NCBI GenBank assembly: GCA_000002435.2
Contig: CM018792.1
Origin: Giardia intestinalis
Lineage: Eukaryota
Length of the DNA: 64,000 nt
Direction: 5' to 3' (one strand)
A program made the translations under genes and the position numbers. Below, one piece after another: positions 9,496-19,738 of this stretch. The notes beneath the pieces were generated by a model, which saw nothing but the letters and a program-made list of their open reading frames with translations, was not told where the DNA came from and did no database searches. Numbering within the stretch: the first letter of the stretch is position 1; the number at the start of each line of letters is the position of its first letter.

Positions 9496-11598
9496 ATGTT
9501 TCTAGATTCTACTGCTCCACCTGCTCAGCTAGGCTTATTCCAATCAGCCACATGTAGATCTCCTGGAAGTATGAAGGTATGTCGCAGATATACGATTCCA
9601 CTGAATGCAGTGCTTGACCGCAATCTTTTATTCAAGCTTTTGGAAAAGCTACGCGATAACAACTCTAGCTTCATTATACATGTAGTAGAATGGACCGAAA
9701 CTAAAGAAGAGTTGTTGGTCTATACAGATGGCGCTACGGACACGCCTCTAGAGACAATCTATTGTGAGGCGAGGTTTATAGACAGTGCTCTACCAGAACA
9801 TGTCGTCTGGGAGTTTATGTATAGCATGCTTTCCGCAGTAAAAGAAGCTCAAGCAATAAGAAACTATATTCTAGCAGATTCTGTACAGTTGCGGAGCCAG
9901 GTTCCCGTCCTGAGCTTGAAGTCGTTCTACATGAATAACGCAGGTTTTTGCAGGTTGGATGTTTTTGTGTATTGTTTTAACTATCTATTTGATAGGACTG
10001 TTCTTTTTCAAAGTCTGTCTAATCAGCCTTTGATACTCAAAAGTGTCGCCGTGGCCGACCTCTGGCCATACGAGGACTGCTCTAATAACTGTATGTCATG
10101 CACTGCTGTCTCTCCGCCACTCAGTTTCTACGTGGAGCCCGAACATAAGGACACTTGCCCGACAAGTAAAGCTGACTGGCTTAAGATAGAGACGTACATG
10201 ATTGGCCGTATCGTGCTTCTACTATGCGATTTGAGCCCAGTCATGTTAGCGACTACAGACGAAGATGACGAATATTACAATGCGAATCACCTCTATTTTC
10301 GGGGATATTCCATAGAACTAGCGCTTATTGGCTATCGTATGCTTTACACACAGGGCAGTATTCGCTTCTTGGTGTCTGATCTATTGGAGCACGATTTCAT
10401 GATTATTCTCCGATATATCCTATGCCCGCCGAGTCAGGATGCTACTCACCACCGGATAGGCAGTCAAAACGCAACCCCACTTATACTAGGGGCAAGAAGC
10501 AGGTTTCCTCTACTCATCGATGAGTTGGTGGAGCGATATGCTGGAATGCAGGACGCTCGCGGAAAAACTGCCTTAATGTACGCGGCGGAAAATAACTCCT
10601 TAGCTTATATTGAATGCTTGAAAGCTAAGGAGATGCGGATGCAACTGAGGACAATTGGCACCGAGAGCGATGGAGAAACTGCACTGATGATTGCTGTAGC
10701 TAACGGAAACTGCAATGCAGCAGCGCTATTAATGGATGAAGCTGGCCTAGCTCGCCGCGATGGGACAACCGCGCTTATGATGGCGTGCGATCAAATAGGA
10801 CTCCAGGATGATGCAGTGATAGATGAGCTAATAGCCAGAGAGCATGGGATGCGTAGCTGCTCAGGGTACACAGCGCTTATGCACGCAGCCAAAGCTGGAA
10901 ATGTGCACCTAGTAAGGAAAACTATGCCATATGAGGCGCGAGCTCAAGCAAATGACGGAACTACCGCGCTACTTCTGGCTGCCTCATTAGGATACGCGTC
11001 AATATGCTCCTTACTCATCGAGCAGGAAGGAATGTACAGTGATAACGAAGGGTGTACCGCCCTCATAATCGCATCAAAGCAAGGTCTAGAGAGAGCTGTC
11101 TTGGCAACCATACAGCTTGCGGGAGAATCCAACCACATGGGCCGCACAGCGCTAATGCATGCGGTAAAGTACAACAGACAGAGAATTGTATCAGTCCTGT
11201 CCACATGCGAAAAAGAAATGGGTAGGACAGATAAGTATGGGGCATCAGCACTAAGCATGGCTGCTGAGAGTGGAAATGCACAAGTTCTTGGCATTCTCTT
11301 GAAATCTCCGATAGCGGACAAAGAGGTATCTCTAGTGGACAAAAATGGCTGGACCGCCCTCATCCATGCTGCAAGGAACAACCATGTGGATTGCGTGGTT
11401 CAGCTTGTCAAGACACAAGCAGGGATGAAGGATTTTAAGGGCTACTCGGCGATTCTGTATGCTATAAAATGGGGATATGTGGAGGTCGTCAAAAGACTAT
11501 TAGAATCCGAGGGGTATCTATTGAAGGAGCAGCCTGGAAAATCGCACCTCCAATCTATTGACACTTCCCCAGATGTGGCAAACCTACTCACTAGCTGA
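9496..11598 (+). CDS. Ankyrin-repeat protein (Giardia 'protein 21.1' family)
   Basis: The ATG sits in tttaaaaaATG, only 3 nt after the upstream stop. The C-terminal half is made of tandem ankyrin repeats such as GKTALMYAAENN, GETALMIAVANGN and GTTALMMAC. Confidence 0.85.
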   Translation: MFLDSTAPPAQLGLFQSATCRSPGSMKVCRRYTIPLNAVLDRNLLFKLLEKLRDNNSSFIIHVVEWTETKEELLVYTDGATDTPLETIYCEARFIDSALPEHVVWEFMYSMLSAVKEAQAIRNYILADSVQLRSQVPVLSLKSFYMNNAGFCRLDVFVYCFNYLFDRTVLFQSLSNQPLILKSVAVADLWPYEDCSNNCMSCTAVSPPLSFYVEPEHKDTCPTSKADWLKIETYMIGRIVLLLCDLSPVMLATTDEDDEYYNANHLYFRGYSIELALIGYRMLYTQGSIRFLVSDLLEHDFMIILRYILCPPSQDATHHRIGSQNATPLILGARSRFPLLIDELVERYAGMQDARGKTALMYAAENNSLAYIECLKAKEMRMQLRTIGTESDGETALMIAVANGNCNAAALLMDEAGLARRDGTTALMMACDQIGLQDDAVIDELIAREHGMRSCSGYTALMHAAKAGNVHLVRKTMPYEARAQANDGTTALLLAASLGYASICSLLIEQEGMYSDNEGCTALIIASKQGLERAVLATIQLAGESNHMGRTALMHAVKYNRQRIVSVLSTCEKEMGRTDKYGASALSMAAESGNAQVLGILLKSPIADKEVSLVDKNGWTALIHAARNNHVDCVVQLVKTQAGMKDFKGYSAILYAIKWGYVEVVKRLLESEGYLLKEQPGKSHLQSIDTSPDVANLLTS

Positions 11599-11620
11599 GC
11601 ACCTGTAGCCTCATGCATTG

Positions 11621-13375
11621 TCAGTGTGCTGGTGCATGTGCTTGAATCAAATTTAATATAATTTGAACCATGTCGGAGCTTTGCCCAAACATCGCCGAGT
11701 TCAAATAGACCAACGTAGGAACGATATCTGAATATAGCTTTCTGTAGAGAAGAAGGTGCTGCCGTACCTTTTCCCGCTCCCCAGCCGTACACTTTTCCTG
11801 TGCAGTGATACATATGCCTTCTAAGTCATCCAGAGCTAAATCCTCAATCTCGCTTGTCAACTCAGAAGGCATGAAGTCAAGCACGTACAAGAACCTACAG
11901 TTACAGCTATAGCAAAAGTGGCATTGCAGGCTTATAAAGTGAAAAGATAGGTCTGCAGATACCCTCTGGCAATCATGACACAAGTAGACCCTAATTTTAA
12001 CAAGCTCAGACTGGTTTAGGCTTAGCTGTGTCTCTGAGTAGCGTCTCAAATTCTCACACCTGATAATCCCATAGCGGTATCTATCTAAGATAATCTTGTG
12101 GTCCAGCGGACACGTTATGTTTTCGCTCATTATCATATCATTAAAGCACCTTCTATGCATCTTATGTGCTGAGTTACACGGTAGAACTATTTCCGACATG
12201 ACATTATCTGCAAACGGGATCATACAAACAGGACACATGTTATCACAATCGCACACGTGTGTGTCATAGTCTTCTCTACTAATGCACGTTCGACAAGTGC
12301 TACAGTGTCTTACCATCTCCTGGAGACCTACATGACACGAGTTGCAGTGCTGACAATGGTACGTTGGTTTCATTTCGGGGCCAAGCATGCATAAAGTGTT
12401 GCATATGTTACAGAATGTTCTCGAGACCACCACACCACAATATTCGCACCGAAAGCCTATGCGTCCAACCTTGTTGCACGTGAGACAGAACATTTCCTTA
12501 ACTCTCCTTCTATCCAGGGTATGACCAGGAACCAGATTGTCATGACAAATACGACACGGATAGATTTGTGCACAATCGGGACACACAATAAACGCTCCTG
12601 TCCAGTAGTGTGGGCAGCCAGTCACCTTTTCGACATCGTATTGCACCCATACGTATGGATCTTCCGCTTCCTTTCTCCTACGTTCGGAGACAGACAATAA
12701 AAATGGACCTGCCAAGAAGATGTATCCTGAGTCAGGGTCATTGTCATTTAGTGGTGCCAAGAACTTTTCATCTAAATCGGTCTGATCAAATGTATCCTGT
12801 GTCTGGTGGCTACTTGAGGAAGTCGACGGCGTCATGTTGATCTGGCTGCTTGAGGACACATACATATTCGAAGAACTAGTAAAAGACGACCCTATGTTTG
12901 ATGAACTTTCCTGTTCTAAAAGGCCGCCTGTGAATGCTGCATCAATTTCACTACCTACATTCATTACCTTAAGTGCAGGATACTGCTTCTGCTTTTGAAA
13001 AATAGATAGCATAGTACGCGGATCCGTAGAAAGGACTTCCGGCCGAATGTATGGAATGTGGAAGCCCGCGCTAGTATTTTTCATAAGTAAGCTGTTTTCC
13101 TTTGAATGAATCATTGCAAACACTGATTTGGAAGGGCTATAACATCGTAGCGGAAAAATGGATTGTACAGCTTTAAGGCTAGAAAGTTCCTTTTGATAGT
13201 TCTCCTCGCCGGAGACGTATGCGGGAAAGTCACGCAAATACTCCCTGTTGCTAGGCTCAAATCCTAAAGACGTATCGCGTAGCTTAAAAAGTCGGCCTTT
13301 AACTAGACACGTCTCAATAGATCCATTATAATCAGATGAAAGCATTTTTATTTTGGCGGAATCAGATATTACCAT
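11621..13375 (-). CDS. CHY zinc-finger / RING-H2 E3 ubiquitin ligase (Pirh2/RCHY1-like)
   Basis: It has the CHY finger CPHYWTGAFIVCPDCAQIYPCRICHD and a CTCHY-type cysteine array. The RING-H2 is CPVCMIPF...LPCNSAHKMHRRCF...CPLD. The track start at 13387 is a TTG, and the first ATG is at 13375. Confidence 0.85.
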   Translation of the reverse strand: MVISDSAKIKMLSSDYNGSIETCLVKGRLFKLRDTSLGFEPSNREYLRDFPAYVSGEENYQKELSSLKAVQSIFPLRCYSPSKSVFAMIHSKENSLLMKNTSAGFHIPYIRPEVLSTDPRTMLSIFQKQKQYPALKVMNVGSEIDAAFTGGLLEQESSSNIGSSFTSSSNMYVSSSSQINMTPSTSSSSHQTQDTFDQTDLDEKFLAPLNDNDPDSGYIFLAGPFLLSVSERRRKEAEDPYVWVQYDVEKVTGCPHYWTGAFIVCPDCAQIYPCRICHDNLVPGHTLDRRRVKEMFCLTCNKVGRIGFRCEYCGVVVSRTFCNICNTLCMLGPEMKPTYHCQHCNSCHVGLQEMVRHCSTCRTCISREDYDTHVCDCDNMCPVCMIPFADNVMSEIVLPCNSAHKMHRRCFNDMIMSENITCPLDHKIILDRYRYGIIRCENLRRYSETQLSLNQSELVKIRVYLCHDCQRVSADLSFHFISLQCHFCYSCNCRFLYVLDFMPSELTSEIEDLALDDLEGICITAQEKCTAGEREKVRQHLLLYRKLYSDIVPTLVYLNSAMFGQSSDMVQIILNLIQAHAPAH

Positions 13376-13467
13376 GTGGTATGTCAATCAGCTGTGGATT
13401 TTTATTTAGCTCTCGAATCCCGGAACAGGGAATCAAGCAGGGAAGGCCCATTCAAAAATTTAAAACG

Positions 13468-14496
13468 ATGACCTCGACCCTTCTGTCGTCCCACATTCTG
13501 AACAAGACGGATCAGAAGGCTGCAGAGGCTGCGCTGGCAGCACTACACCACACTTCGATCCCAGTAAGCCAAACTCAGCAGTTAAGTATTGCGGTCATTG
13601 GGGCTCGGTCGACAGGCAAGAGTACTCTTACGGCCTTGCTTGCTGGTCTTCCGTTTTTGCGGTTCTCCCCATCTCAGTGCTCTTCTTTTATTATGACTCA
13701 TTATATTCCGCCCCGGAGTTGTACCGCACTGCGACTGATCGTCCAGGATGTGCATTATGAAGACAATGCAATACTCCTAACCAACGGATTAGTGTTCACC
13801 GTCTCATGCTTGAATGTTGATCTTTCTATCCGGCACCTTGAATCGGTGGTTGACCGCGTTCTCCAGTATCAAGAGGTCCTTATTGCATTTACCAAAGCAG
13901 ACCAAGCTACAAACGATGAGTTCACTGCAGCCTTGTCTAAGACCACGGACATCGTCGCACGGCTCCGGGCCCGTCGAATTTTGTGCCAGATGGTGATGCT
14001 GTCTTTGCCGAGCGATGACACCAAGGCTTATCTAAAGAGCTTCACTAACCATGTGTACATATCCATGCGGCATGCACTGGCGCAGAGAGAGCTGAAAGAG
14101 CTGGAGGAGCAATTGGCTGATAGCACGGCCTCCATGCTTTCTGAAAATTCGGTATCTTTGGCAGCAATGATTAATAGGCGCTGCGTTCACAGTTCTCTCA
14201 GCAGCGATGTGCTGTCTATCGCCTTCAACATAGAACTTTTCGGCAATAAGAAATATGCGCAGCAGCTGGAGCTATACAAAAGCATAGTGGCTCAGCAGGA
14301 ACCATCATCGATAAAGTTACCTAGTGCTAATATAACGAAGGGAGATGTAACTATCACTGTCATGCCTGCAATTCCTGAGGACCAGTCACAGACTCACAGC
14401 AGATCAGCTCCCGAGTCCTGCGAGGAAGACGGGATCAAGGTTCCTGAAAGTAATGTTTCTACATTAAGCAGTGTGGCAATGGACGAGTCGTTCTAG
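13468..14496 (+). CDS. P-loop NTPase (GTPase-like) hypothetical protein
   Basis: Walker A motif AVIGARSTGKSTL and a TKAD G4-like motif. The likely start is the MTSTLL.. ATG at 13468, preceded by aaaatttaaaacg. The upstream part of ORF 13336-14496 overlaps the divergent gene. Confidence 0.6.
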   Translation: MTSTLLSSHILNKTDQKAAEAALAALHHTSIPVSQTQQLSIAVIGARSTGKSTLTALLAGLPFLRFSPSQCSSFIMTHYIPPRSCTALRLIVQDVHYEDNAILLTNGLVFTVSCLNVDLSIRHLESVVDRVLQYQEVLIAFTKADQATNDEFTAALSKTTDIVARLRARRILCQMVMLSLPSDDTKAYLKSFTNHVYISMRHALAQRELKELEEQLADSTASMLSENSVSLAAMINRRCVHSSLSSDVLSIAFNIELFGNKKYAQQLELYKSIVAQQEPSSIKLPSANITKGDVTITVMPAIPEDQSQTHSRSAPESCEEDGIKVPESNVSTLSSVAMDESF

Positions 14497-14670
14497 ATAC
14501 GGGTACTGGTTGAGTTATCAAAAAATAGTTGCTATCTGGTTAGCTAACTACGGGCTATTGAGTGACCATTCACCCATTAATATCCTAATTCGAAAGTGCT
14601 AATACTAGGGCAGATTTGCAAAGATACAGTTTGGGCGGTTATTCAAATTAAAAATAAGAGCCGGGGAAAC

Positions 14671-14679
14671 TAAAAAAAT
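14671..14679 (+). promoter_or_regulatory. AT-rich initiator/promoter element immediately 5' of the ATG
   Basis: The sequence taaaaaaat abuts the ATG at 14680. Similar elements occur at 9489-9495 (tttaaaaa), 41041-41047 (aattaaa), 45795-45818 and 21078-21099. Confidence 0.55.
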
Positions 14680-16041
14680 ATGGAGGAGAAGAGCCGCTCC
14701 CATTCTTCTAAGGCCGGTGGAGAGAGGCCCTTCATCTCAGATGACTCGCTCACATATGTACGTGCGGACTATTTCGGGGTAGACATGTCCTATCATGAGA
14801 AGCTTGCCCACAGATGTTGGCGCGATATATTTTTCTGCGGGACGGAGCTTGATCACTATGAGAGGCTCTTCGCAAAGCCATGGCTCTTTCCGCATCTGGG
14901 AGAAGACCTAGACACCGACGGCGCTCTCTATACTGATATTCTAGCGGGAAGGCATGTCTATCTTTTTGGGATTTCCGAACCAAAACTTGTTGGCAAAGAG
15001 TTCCTCCCGGTTCCAATCATTTGTGCGGTTAGTATTAGTATTCCTTTGCCGGAGCAGATAGGAATCAAGTCTGTTCAGATGAATAGTATAGACGTCCTGT
15101 CATTCGAGCAAATGGATCTTTTCTTCAGAGAGGAATCTTTTGGAGTCGCAAAGGTTGATGGGAAGCCAAAGAAAAAACTCATTGTTAAAACACTGGCATT
15201 GAACAAGCGTCTCAGCACTGTCGAGTTCATGTCTGAGCTCCAGTTAAATAGGTATAAGTATGCCAACTTGTATATTTTCCGCCCCGATGTGGAGGAGAAA
15301 GAGATGAAGGAGATGGTGGAGCCGACCAATGTAATTGTTGATGTGACACTGCATAAGACCACAGTAACGGATCTCTACGAGGAGAAGGACGACGCAACTG
15401 AAGCCGCCAAGCACATAGTCAATAAACACTTCAAGGATCTACCTCATACGAAGGCAGATATCCTCGAAATTGCAAAGAAACTTAAGGAATCTATGAATGA
15501 GGAAAAAGGGCGTTACAAGGCTCGGATGGCAAACATCAAACGACAAATCAGCGAGTGCTCTACTGAATATCTAGATGCTCTCAAGGGCATGCGCATTATC
15601 AAGTACTATCCTTATCTAGACACGGAGCGGGCAGAAATCCGAACCAATAAGCTTGTGAACCGTTTCTATGGAGATGCCACAGAAGTGAAAGGAGGCACGT
15701 CTCCCTATGAGACCCGCGAAGAGTTCGAGCAGAGAATGCAGGCCCTCGAGGCAAAGAAGGCGGAGAAACTCCGCCGTAGCAATCTTGCAGAAGAAAAGAG
15801 GCTCCAGCGCATATTGGAGATGAAAAAGAAGCGCGAAAGCAATCCGCCGACGAAGAAGCTTACTAGAGCCGATCGAATCCGACTCCTTGAGGCAGAGTTG
15901 GAGAACACTCCAGAAGCTATCGCGCGAAGGAAGAGGGAAGAAAGAAAAGCTGCTGCAAAGGAGAAAGCCGCGAAGGCTAGGATGAAGGCTAAAGCTAAGG
16001 TCAAGCCAGTTTTGAAGACCATGAAGAGGATGAGGAAGTAA
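14680..16041 (+). CDS. Hypothetical protein with coiled-coil region and a K/A-rich basic C-terminal tail
   Basis: The ATG is preceded by the classic initiator ctaaaaaaat. The ORF is 453 aa. The C-terminus is RKREERKAAAKEKAAKARMKAKAKVKPVLKTMKRMRK. An AGTAAAT polyA signal lies at 16056-16062. Confidence 0.65.
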   Translation: MEEKSRSHSSKAGGERPFISDDSLTYVRADYFGVDMSYHEKLAHRCWRDIFFCGTELDHYERLFAKPWLFPHLGEDLDTDGALYTDILAGRHVYLFGISEPKLVGKEFLPVPIICAVSISIPLPEQIGIKSVQMNSIDVLSFEQMDLFFREESFGVAKVDGKPKKKLIVKTLALNKRLSTVEFMSELQLNRYKYANLYIFRPDVEEKEMKEMVEPTNVIVDVTLHKTTVTDLYEEKDDATEAAKHIVNKHFKDLPHTKADILEIAKKLKESMNEEKGRYKARMANIKRQISECSTEYLDALKGMRIIKYYPYLDTERAEIRTNKLVNRFYGDATEVKGGTSPYETREEFEQRMQALEAKKAEKLRRSNLAEEKRLQRILEMKKKRESNPPTKKLTRADRIRLLEAELENTPEAIARRKREERKAAAKEKAAKARMKAKAKVKPVLKTMKRMRK

Positions 16042-16055
16042 GACCCAGAACTCGC

Positions 16056-16062
16056 AGTAAAT
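16056..16062 (+). promoter_or_regulatory. Polyadenylation signal AGTAAAT
   Basis: AGTRAAY, 15 nt after the TAA of 14680-16041. Confidence 0.55.
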
Positions 16063-16094
16063 TCTTGTTTTCTTCGCCGCTCTTACTTTTTCCT

Positions 16095-17981
16095 ATGGAT
16101 GAGTGGTTCCTCGCGGCCCGGAAAAACGACGCAGAGCTGTTACTGTCTCGGCTAGATGAATGTTCTGGAATATTCAACAATAAGGGAGCCACTGCTCTCA
16201 TGGTGGCGGCAGCTCAAGGAAATCTCGAGGTCGTTGCACTTCTCATTGAAACAGAGGGTACCATAACGCGTCCAACCGGCTGGACAGCATTGATGGAGGC
16301 TGCGTACCATGGGCAAGCACGAGTTGTGCAGATGCTTGCCCTCGATTTAGCTGGAAGACAGCTTATTGAGGAAGATGGAATATTCAGCAGAGGGTCGACC
16401 GCTCTGATTGTAGCAGCAACCCTTGGGCACTGTGAGTGCGTATCAGCTCTTTTAGAATATGAGAAAGAGATCAGCCGTTGGACCGATGAGTTCATTCAAC
16501 TCTTCAAAGGCCAAGAGGCTTGCTTGGCTACTGTGCACGACAGCGCCGGTCACACACCCCTGATGTATTATGCAATGCATTCCCACAAAGGCTTGTTTGC
16601 CTTTGACTTACATCGGAGGACAGAAGCAAAGCTCTCTGCAGGACGTCTGGACTTCGCAGGGTATTCGGCTCTGATGCACGCAGTACGCACCGACAATATT
16701 GACTTTCTTGCCTATGTCTTGAGTGAGTGCCCACTGGAGCTACGAATAATTTCTCCTCGCTCGAGAATGTATTCTGCACTTATGATGGCCGCAGAATTAG
16801 GAAATCTCGAGGCATCCGAGCTTCTTGCCTCAGAAGAAGCTGGGCTTGCAAACCCTTATGGACTGTGTGCGCTCGATATTGCTATTATCCACGGCCATTA
16901 CGACATCGTTCTCTTGCTTGCTCCGACAGAGGCACACATAGCAATTCATAGAGGATGTACCTGCATTCATACACTAGAGCCAGGAATGACTCCCACAGAC
17001 ATAGCAGCTAAATATGGAAGCCCAGAGATGTTATCGATCCTCTCACAAAGAACTAAGCCGCCGCTAACTCTTTCAACTTTAATGACAGGTAGTGGAGGCA
17101 CACACCCTGACTCCCTAGCTCTTCTCAGATCAGCAGTTCCTTTATCCTCTCGACATCACCACGATGTTGAATCTGATCAATTGTCTTTGAGATCCTTTGC
17201 AACCAGTTCCGAAGAGCTTCCACCAGACACCAGCAATGACTATGGAAGCATCGAGGAGCTTAGAGAGAAGCTGTCCAACTTGCGTGAGGCAAACACTGAG
17301 CTTCGACAGAGGTTGAAGCAGATTGATGATGAGCACAATAGAGCAAAAGGTGACTTGCAAGAGCTAGCCTTTAGTCTTAGGAAACAAGAGAAAGAGCATT
17401 TGCAACGAGAAGAAGCCCTCAAGGAAGCTTTGCAAGCGGCGAAGGACAACTTAGAGCGCTCTGTAGGCTACTCTCAAGAGGTCTTCCAAGAAAACGATAG
17501 TCTTAGACAGAAGCTTGCGCATGCAAGAGATGTTCTGATGGCACTTCGCACAGAAAGGCAGCAGACTAATATCCACGACACAGCGCTCTTAGCTGAGCAT
17601 TCGCTTCTCTTAAAAGAGCTGCGCAAACTTGAGTGGACTGCACTTGGACTTCACTCAAAGGAGTCAACAATGCGTGCTCTCATAACACGGTTTACTAACT
17701 TCTACAATGAGCTCACCAGGGTTGTCAAGTCATCTTCACGACAGTCTGGAGACGATCCACAGAGGCATTCACAGATAGTGTCAGGGGATCAGACAGACTA
17801 CGAGGCCAACCTTTCTCAAATAGTTGCCGATTTCGTCAACGAGTCTCTTGACGAGGTTGTATTTCCGCCAACAAGAGACAGCTCGCTATGCTTGGAGCAG
17901 AGCTCTGAGTGTAGCATGCGCAACATTGAGGACACTAACGAGCGCTCGGAACATTGTCTACAATCAGAAACACACAGCTAA
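16095..17981 (+). CDS. Ankyrin-repeat plus coiled-coil protein (21.1 family)
   Basis: Ankyrin repeats in the N-terminal half include GATALMVAAAQGNLEVVALL and GWTALMEAAYHGQ. The C-terminus is a heptad-rich coiled coil. The track start is a TTG, and the first ATG (MDEWFLAARKND) is at 16095. Confidence 0.8.
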   Translation: MDEWFLAARKNDAELLLSRLDECSGIFNNKGATALMVAAAQGNLEVVALLIETEGTITRPTGWTALMEAAYHGQARVVQMLALDLAGRQLIEEDGIFSRGSTALIVAATLGHCECVSALLEYEKEISRWTDEFIQLFKGQEACLATVHDSAGHTPLMYYAMHSHKGLFAFDLHRRTEAKLSAGRLDFAGYSALMHAVRTDNIDFLAYVLSECPLELRIISPRSRMYSALMMAAELGNLEASELLASEEAGLANPYGLCALDIAIIHGHYDIVLLLAPTEAHIAIHRGCTCIHTLEPGMTPTDIAAKYGSPEMLSILSQRTKPPLTLSTLMTGSGGTHPDSLALLRSAVPLSSRHHHDVESDQLSLRSFATSSEELPPDTSNDYGSIEELREKLSNLREANTELRQRLKQIDDEHNRAKGDLQELAFSLRKQEKEHLQREEALKEALQAAKDNLERSVGYSQEVFQENDSLRQKLAHARDVLMALRTERQQTNIHDTALLAEHSLLLKELRKLEWTALGLHSKESTMRALITRFTNFYNELTRVVKSSSRQSGDDPQRHSQIVSGDQTDYEANLSQIVADFVNESLDEVVFPPTRDSSLCLEQSSECSMRNIEDTNERSEHCLQSETHS

Positions 17982-19257
17982 GGGCACCATAGGTTGCCAA
18001 GCCTAGTGGTGTAAGTCCGATAGGGTCCTCTGAGGCTAGGCCAGATAGTTTCCAATAGGACGGGGCAATAACTCGATCGTCATGGAGCTGAAGCACTCCT
18101 CGCAGAAGAAGAGCGTACATATCTGCAGTAGCCAGAAGCCCCAAATCTTTCGTTTCAAAATTGTACGCCTTATTTCCGACTGGGACGATATGAATACATG
18201 CTGAAAAGACAGTCTTTTCTCCGTGCTTTAGAACTATGGTATATGAATCGAACATGCTGACCCCACTAAGAAGCTTGTCATCGTTGTGCAGTGCCTCAAA
18301 TTCGTGAATATTCATATTCAATGCCTTGTATTTCAGCTCTCCCACATATCCATCGTGCTCAAACACATAGTGCCTGGGAAGACAGACTGTCAAGTGGCTG
18401 CTCTGCAAAACTAAATCGTACACCTCCTTACCCCTCTCTGTGTCTGATGCCCACGGCGATAAATCATCTGCAATACTCTGAGATTTGGTGCTTAGAAACT
18501 CTACCAGCATATAGTCACCAGGACCCAGCCACACAAATGTGTCCGGGCTCAGCAAAATGGGACTTCCGGGGCTAGCTCCCAATATATTCAGAAAGGGAAC
18601 AATGAAGAGAGCTTCACTCTGGAGCTGCAGAGCAGCTTGCTCAAAAGTGAATAGGGGCCTCTTTAAGGATGACAGCTCTGCCAGAAGCTTGGTCACAAGA
18701 GGCATGGGTGTGTTGCTCTCTTCTGACAACTTGGCTAAGGACTCAGAAAGCTTTTTGATAGTTGCAAACATCAGGGTGTAAAGCTTTTCTAGCATGCGCG
18801 ATGCGTTTCCAGCTGTGTATTCCCCTTCTGTATAATAGCACGTTGCCTGTACAAGTTCATCATACGACTCTTGTCCAATGAGCTGGACAAGGGCCTTTTG
18901 GATGGGGTCGTTGTGAAAACTTAGAAGGACCTGAAGCCCTTCTGGCCGCGCAAGCCCGACATATGCAAGCGAGTTAGTTGACAGAGGCATAATGAGCGAC
19001 GGGTATGGCACACCAGTGTGGCGATACAAGGTAGGGTAGGTGAAGCGATCCAGAGACAGTATCTTCATTGCTGAGTGATAAGGATGCGACGATTCTTCAT
19101 CCAAAAGGCGAACAGTGAGGCTTTCAAGACGATCACTCTCTCCATCGTTAGACCCGCCAAGCTGAGATGGGTCCGGATGAAATGTTACAACTGCAGACGC
19201 ATCCGGACAACGCCCGAGCGGGCTTCTCTTCACGCTCACATCCAGGGGCTCACGCAT
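17935..19257 (-). CDS. Hypothetical protein (~440 aa)
   Basis: Long ORF. The track start at 19266 is a TTG, and the first ATG is at 19257. Its 3' end overlaps the convergent ankyrin gene by 47 bp. It shares an ~80-bp AT-rich divergent promoter region with rpS24. Confidence 0.6.
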   Translation of the reverse strand: MREPLDVSVKRSPLGRCPDASAVVTFHPDPSQLGGSNDGESDRLESLTVRLLDEESSHPYHSAMKILSLDRFTYPTLYRHTGVPYPSLIMPLSTNSLAYVGLARPEGLQVLLSFHNDPIQKALVQLIGQESYDELVQATCYYTEGEYTAGNASRMLEKLYTLMFATIKKLSESLAKLSEESNTPMPLVTKLLAELSSLKRPLFTFEQAALQLQSEALFIVPFLNILGASPGSPILLSPDTFVWLGPGDYMLVEFLSTKSQSIADDLSPWASDTERGKEVYDLVLQSSHLTVCLPRHYVFEHDGYVGELKYKALNMNIHEFEALHNDDKLLSGVSMFDSYTIVLKHGEKTVFSACIHIVPVGNKAYNFETKDLGLLATADMYALLLRGVLQLHDDRVIAPSYWKLSGLASEDPIGLTPLGLATYGALSCVFLIVDNVPSAR

Positions 19258-19339
19258 CCAGGTCAATCTGTCCGCAGAGTCCCAAAAAATATTTTATATT
19301 TTAAATCTGAATTTCGTTGTCATTAAAGCGGGGCTAGCG

Positions 19340-19738
19340 ATGCCCGAGATCACAGTTAAGGTGAGGAAGGTCCTCAATAACCCGCTCCTTCAGCGCCAGC
19401 AGTGTGTCGTGGATGTACTTCACCCGGGGTGCACCTACGAGTCCAAAGAGGCCATCAAGGCCAAAGTTGCTCAACAACTCAAGGTCGCTGACCAGAAGAA
19501 TATTGTCCTCTACGGATTTAAGACCTCCTTTGGTGGTGGGCACACGGTGGGGTTCTGCAACGCCTATCAGAACATGGACGCCCTCATGAAGTACGAGCCA
19601 GGGTTTCGCAAGATACGTTGCGGGCTCATCGAGGCGCCCAAGCCTGTCTCTCGCAAGCAGCTTAAGAATCTCAAGAACAGACGCTTGAAGAAGCGCGGTA
19701 CAGAAAAGGCCACCGTGACCCTTGGTGCTAAGAAGTAA
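19340..19738 (+). CDS. RPS24: 40S ribosomal protein S24e
   Basis: It contains VDVLHPG, YGFKTSFGGGHTVGF and a C-terminal SRKQLKNLKNRRLKKRGT, which together are diagnostic of eS24. Confidence 0.92.
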   Translation: MPEITVKVRKVLNNPLLQRQQCVVDVLHPGCTYESKEAIKAKVAQQLKVADQKNIVLYGFKTSFGGGHTVGFCNAYQNMDALMKYEPGFRKIRCGLIEAPKPVSRKQLKNLKNRRLKKRGTEKATVTLGAKK

